Assembly (NCBI GenBank): GCA_030324005.1
Contig: JARDVH010000121.1
Span: 25,145,096-25,209,095, forward strand
Direction of reading: 5' to 3'
Source of the DNA: Negaprion brevirostris
Lineage: Eukaryota
DNA: 64,000 bases
The translations under genes were made by a program, and so were the position numbers. Below the pieces are notes generated by a model. That model did not search any database. It was given only the letters and a program-made list of their open reading frames with translations, and was not told the DNA's origin. Of the stretch, positions 63,288 through 64,000 are shown in pieces. Position 1 is the first letter of the stretch, and each line of letters begins with the position of its first letter.

Positions 63288-64000
63288 ACTAGATATTCAA
63301 GCCTCCTGTTCCGTCATGAAGGCTGGCCTTTGTGTCTCCACGAAAGGATAGTGATACAATTGTCATCATTCAACATCTTCCTTTTGCGCCCTGGTGATTT
63401 CTATCTACAAATACGACCTGTTGGAAGGCAATCTACACGAATTGTGTTGAAATGCCTGAGCAAAGACCTCTGCAATGTGGAGGAAAAGCTGGTACCAGAA
63501 GTCTCCTACACCAATATCTTTACAGCGGAATGGTTGGAAATGATAAACAGTGAACGTTGTGGCACGCCATTACACACTTGCCTGTTAGCCACGGAGAATG
63601 GGGTCGTGAAAGTACTTTGGACTAAAATAGTGAATCCTGAATTTGTAACAAAAGTCAAAGAAGCACCAGCATCTGGACTCAAAATGTGTTCTGTTCAAGA
63701 AACGCAAAATGACTTTGGTCCCACTGGGGTGACATTGCAAACTGGAATGGAAACTAATTGTTTATTTAACGCTTCTGAGCCAGGCTCTGATACTAAAGAT
63801 GATAAAAGCTTGTCCCCTAACTTGCCTCAGGTAGAAGGTGCAGAATGTCTGACTCAACAGCCTCTGATATTGGGAAAGGTCTCCCCAAACCTATGCGAAC
63901 TCTCGACTGAAAATGTTGAAGGGGACTATGTAGATTTAATGATGTTTTCTAAAGAAAAGTGTTCTGATAAGCGGACTGCACATCATCCGTCTTCAGTAGT
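63288..64000 (+). CDS. KIAA1755: KIAA1755-like next coding exon (runs off window end)
   Basis: Acceptor gttctttcccctcag (AG at 63286-63287), phase 0 and in frame with the 35051-35248 exon. Translates TRYSSLLFRHEGWPLCLHERIVIQLSSFNIFLLRPGDFYLQIRPVGRQSTRIVLKCLSKDLCNVEEKLVPEVSYTNIFTAEWLEMINSERCGTPLHTCLLATENGVVKVLWTKIVNPEFV..., with no stop to 64000. HEGWPLCL and GDFYLQ are family hallmarks; KCLS.DLC.V, ENG and WTKI..PEFV are KIAA1755-like. Absent from the ORF track. Confidence 0.92.

Noticed and set aside
1-64000. Prokaryotic systems (CRISPR arrays, operons, defence islands)
   Set aside because: There is no repeat-spacer periodicity or gene-dense coding; the sequence is spliced vertebrate DNA.

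Overview
This is eukaryotic, repeat-dense, gapped (many N runs) vertebrate DNA. The repeat content (HE1-like V-SINEs, SacSINE1/Deu-type SINEs, CR1/HER1, L2, Rex1/Babar, Penelope) points to a shark or other cartilaginous fish; this is inference. Almost every ORF in the supplied track is noise or transposon debris. The one host gene is a + strand KIAA1755-like member of the KIAA1755/PLEKHG4/PLEKHG4B/ARHGEF40 family. It is visible as a 198-nt phase-0 exon (35051-35248) and a long exon starting at 63288 that stays open to the window end, separated by a ~28 kb intron; its first exon was not located. The remainder includes a decayed Gypsy LTR element (~1.5-7.05 kb), a second Gypsy 3' remnant (~40.8-41.7 kb), a PIF/Harbinger transposase fossil (~14.3-15.2 kb) with related MITE-like elements, Penelope RT/endonuclease remnants, and many SINE/LINE fragments. 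The most interesting signals are (1) minimal hammerhead-ribozyme motifs in Penelope terminal repeats, including an intact-core copy on the host intron's sense strand and a two-strand palindromic arrangement, and (2) one V-SINE head/core found with two different LINE-like tails. Family assignments come from recalled motifs, not database searches, and repeat boundaries are approximate.
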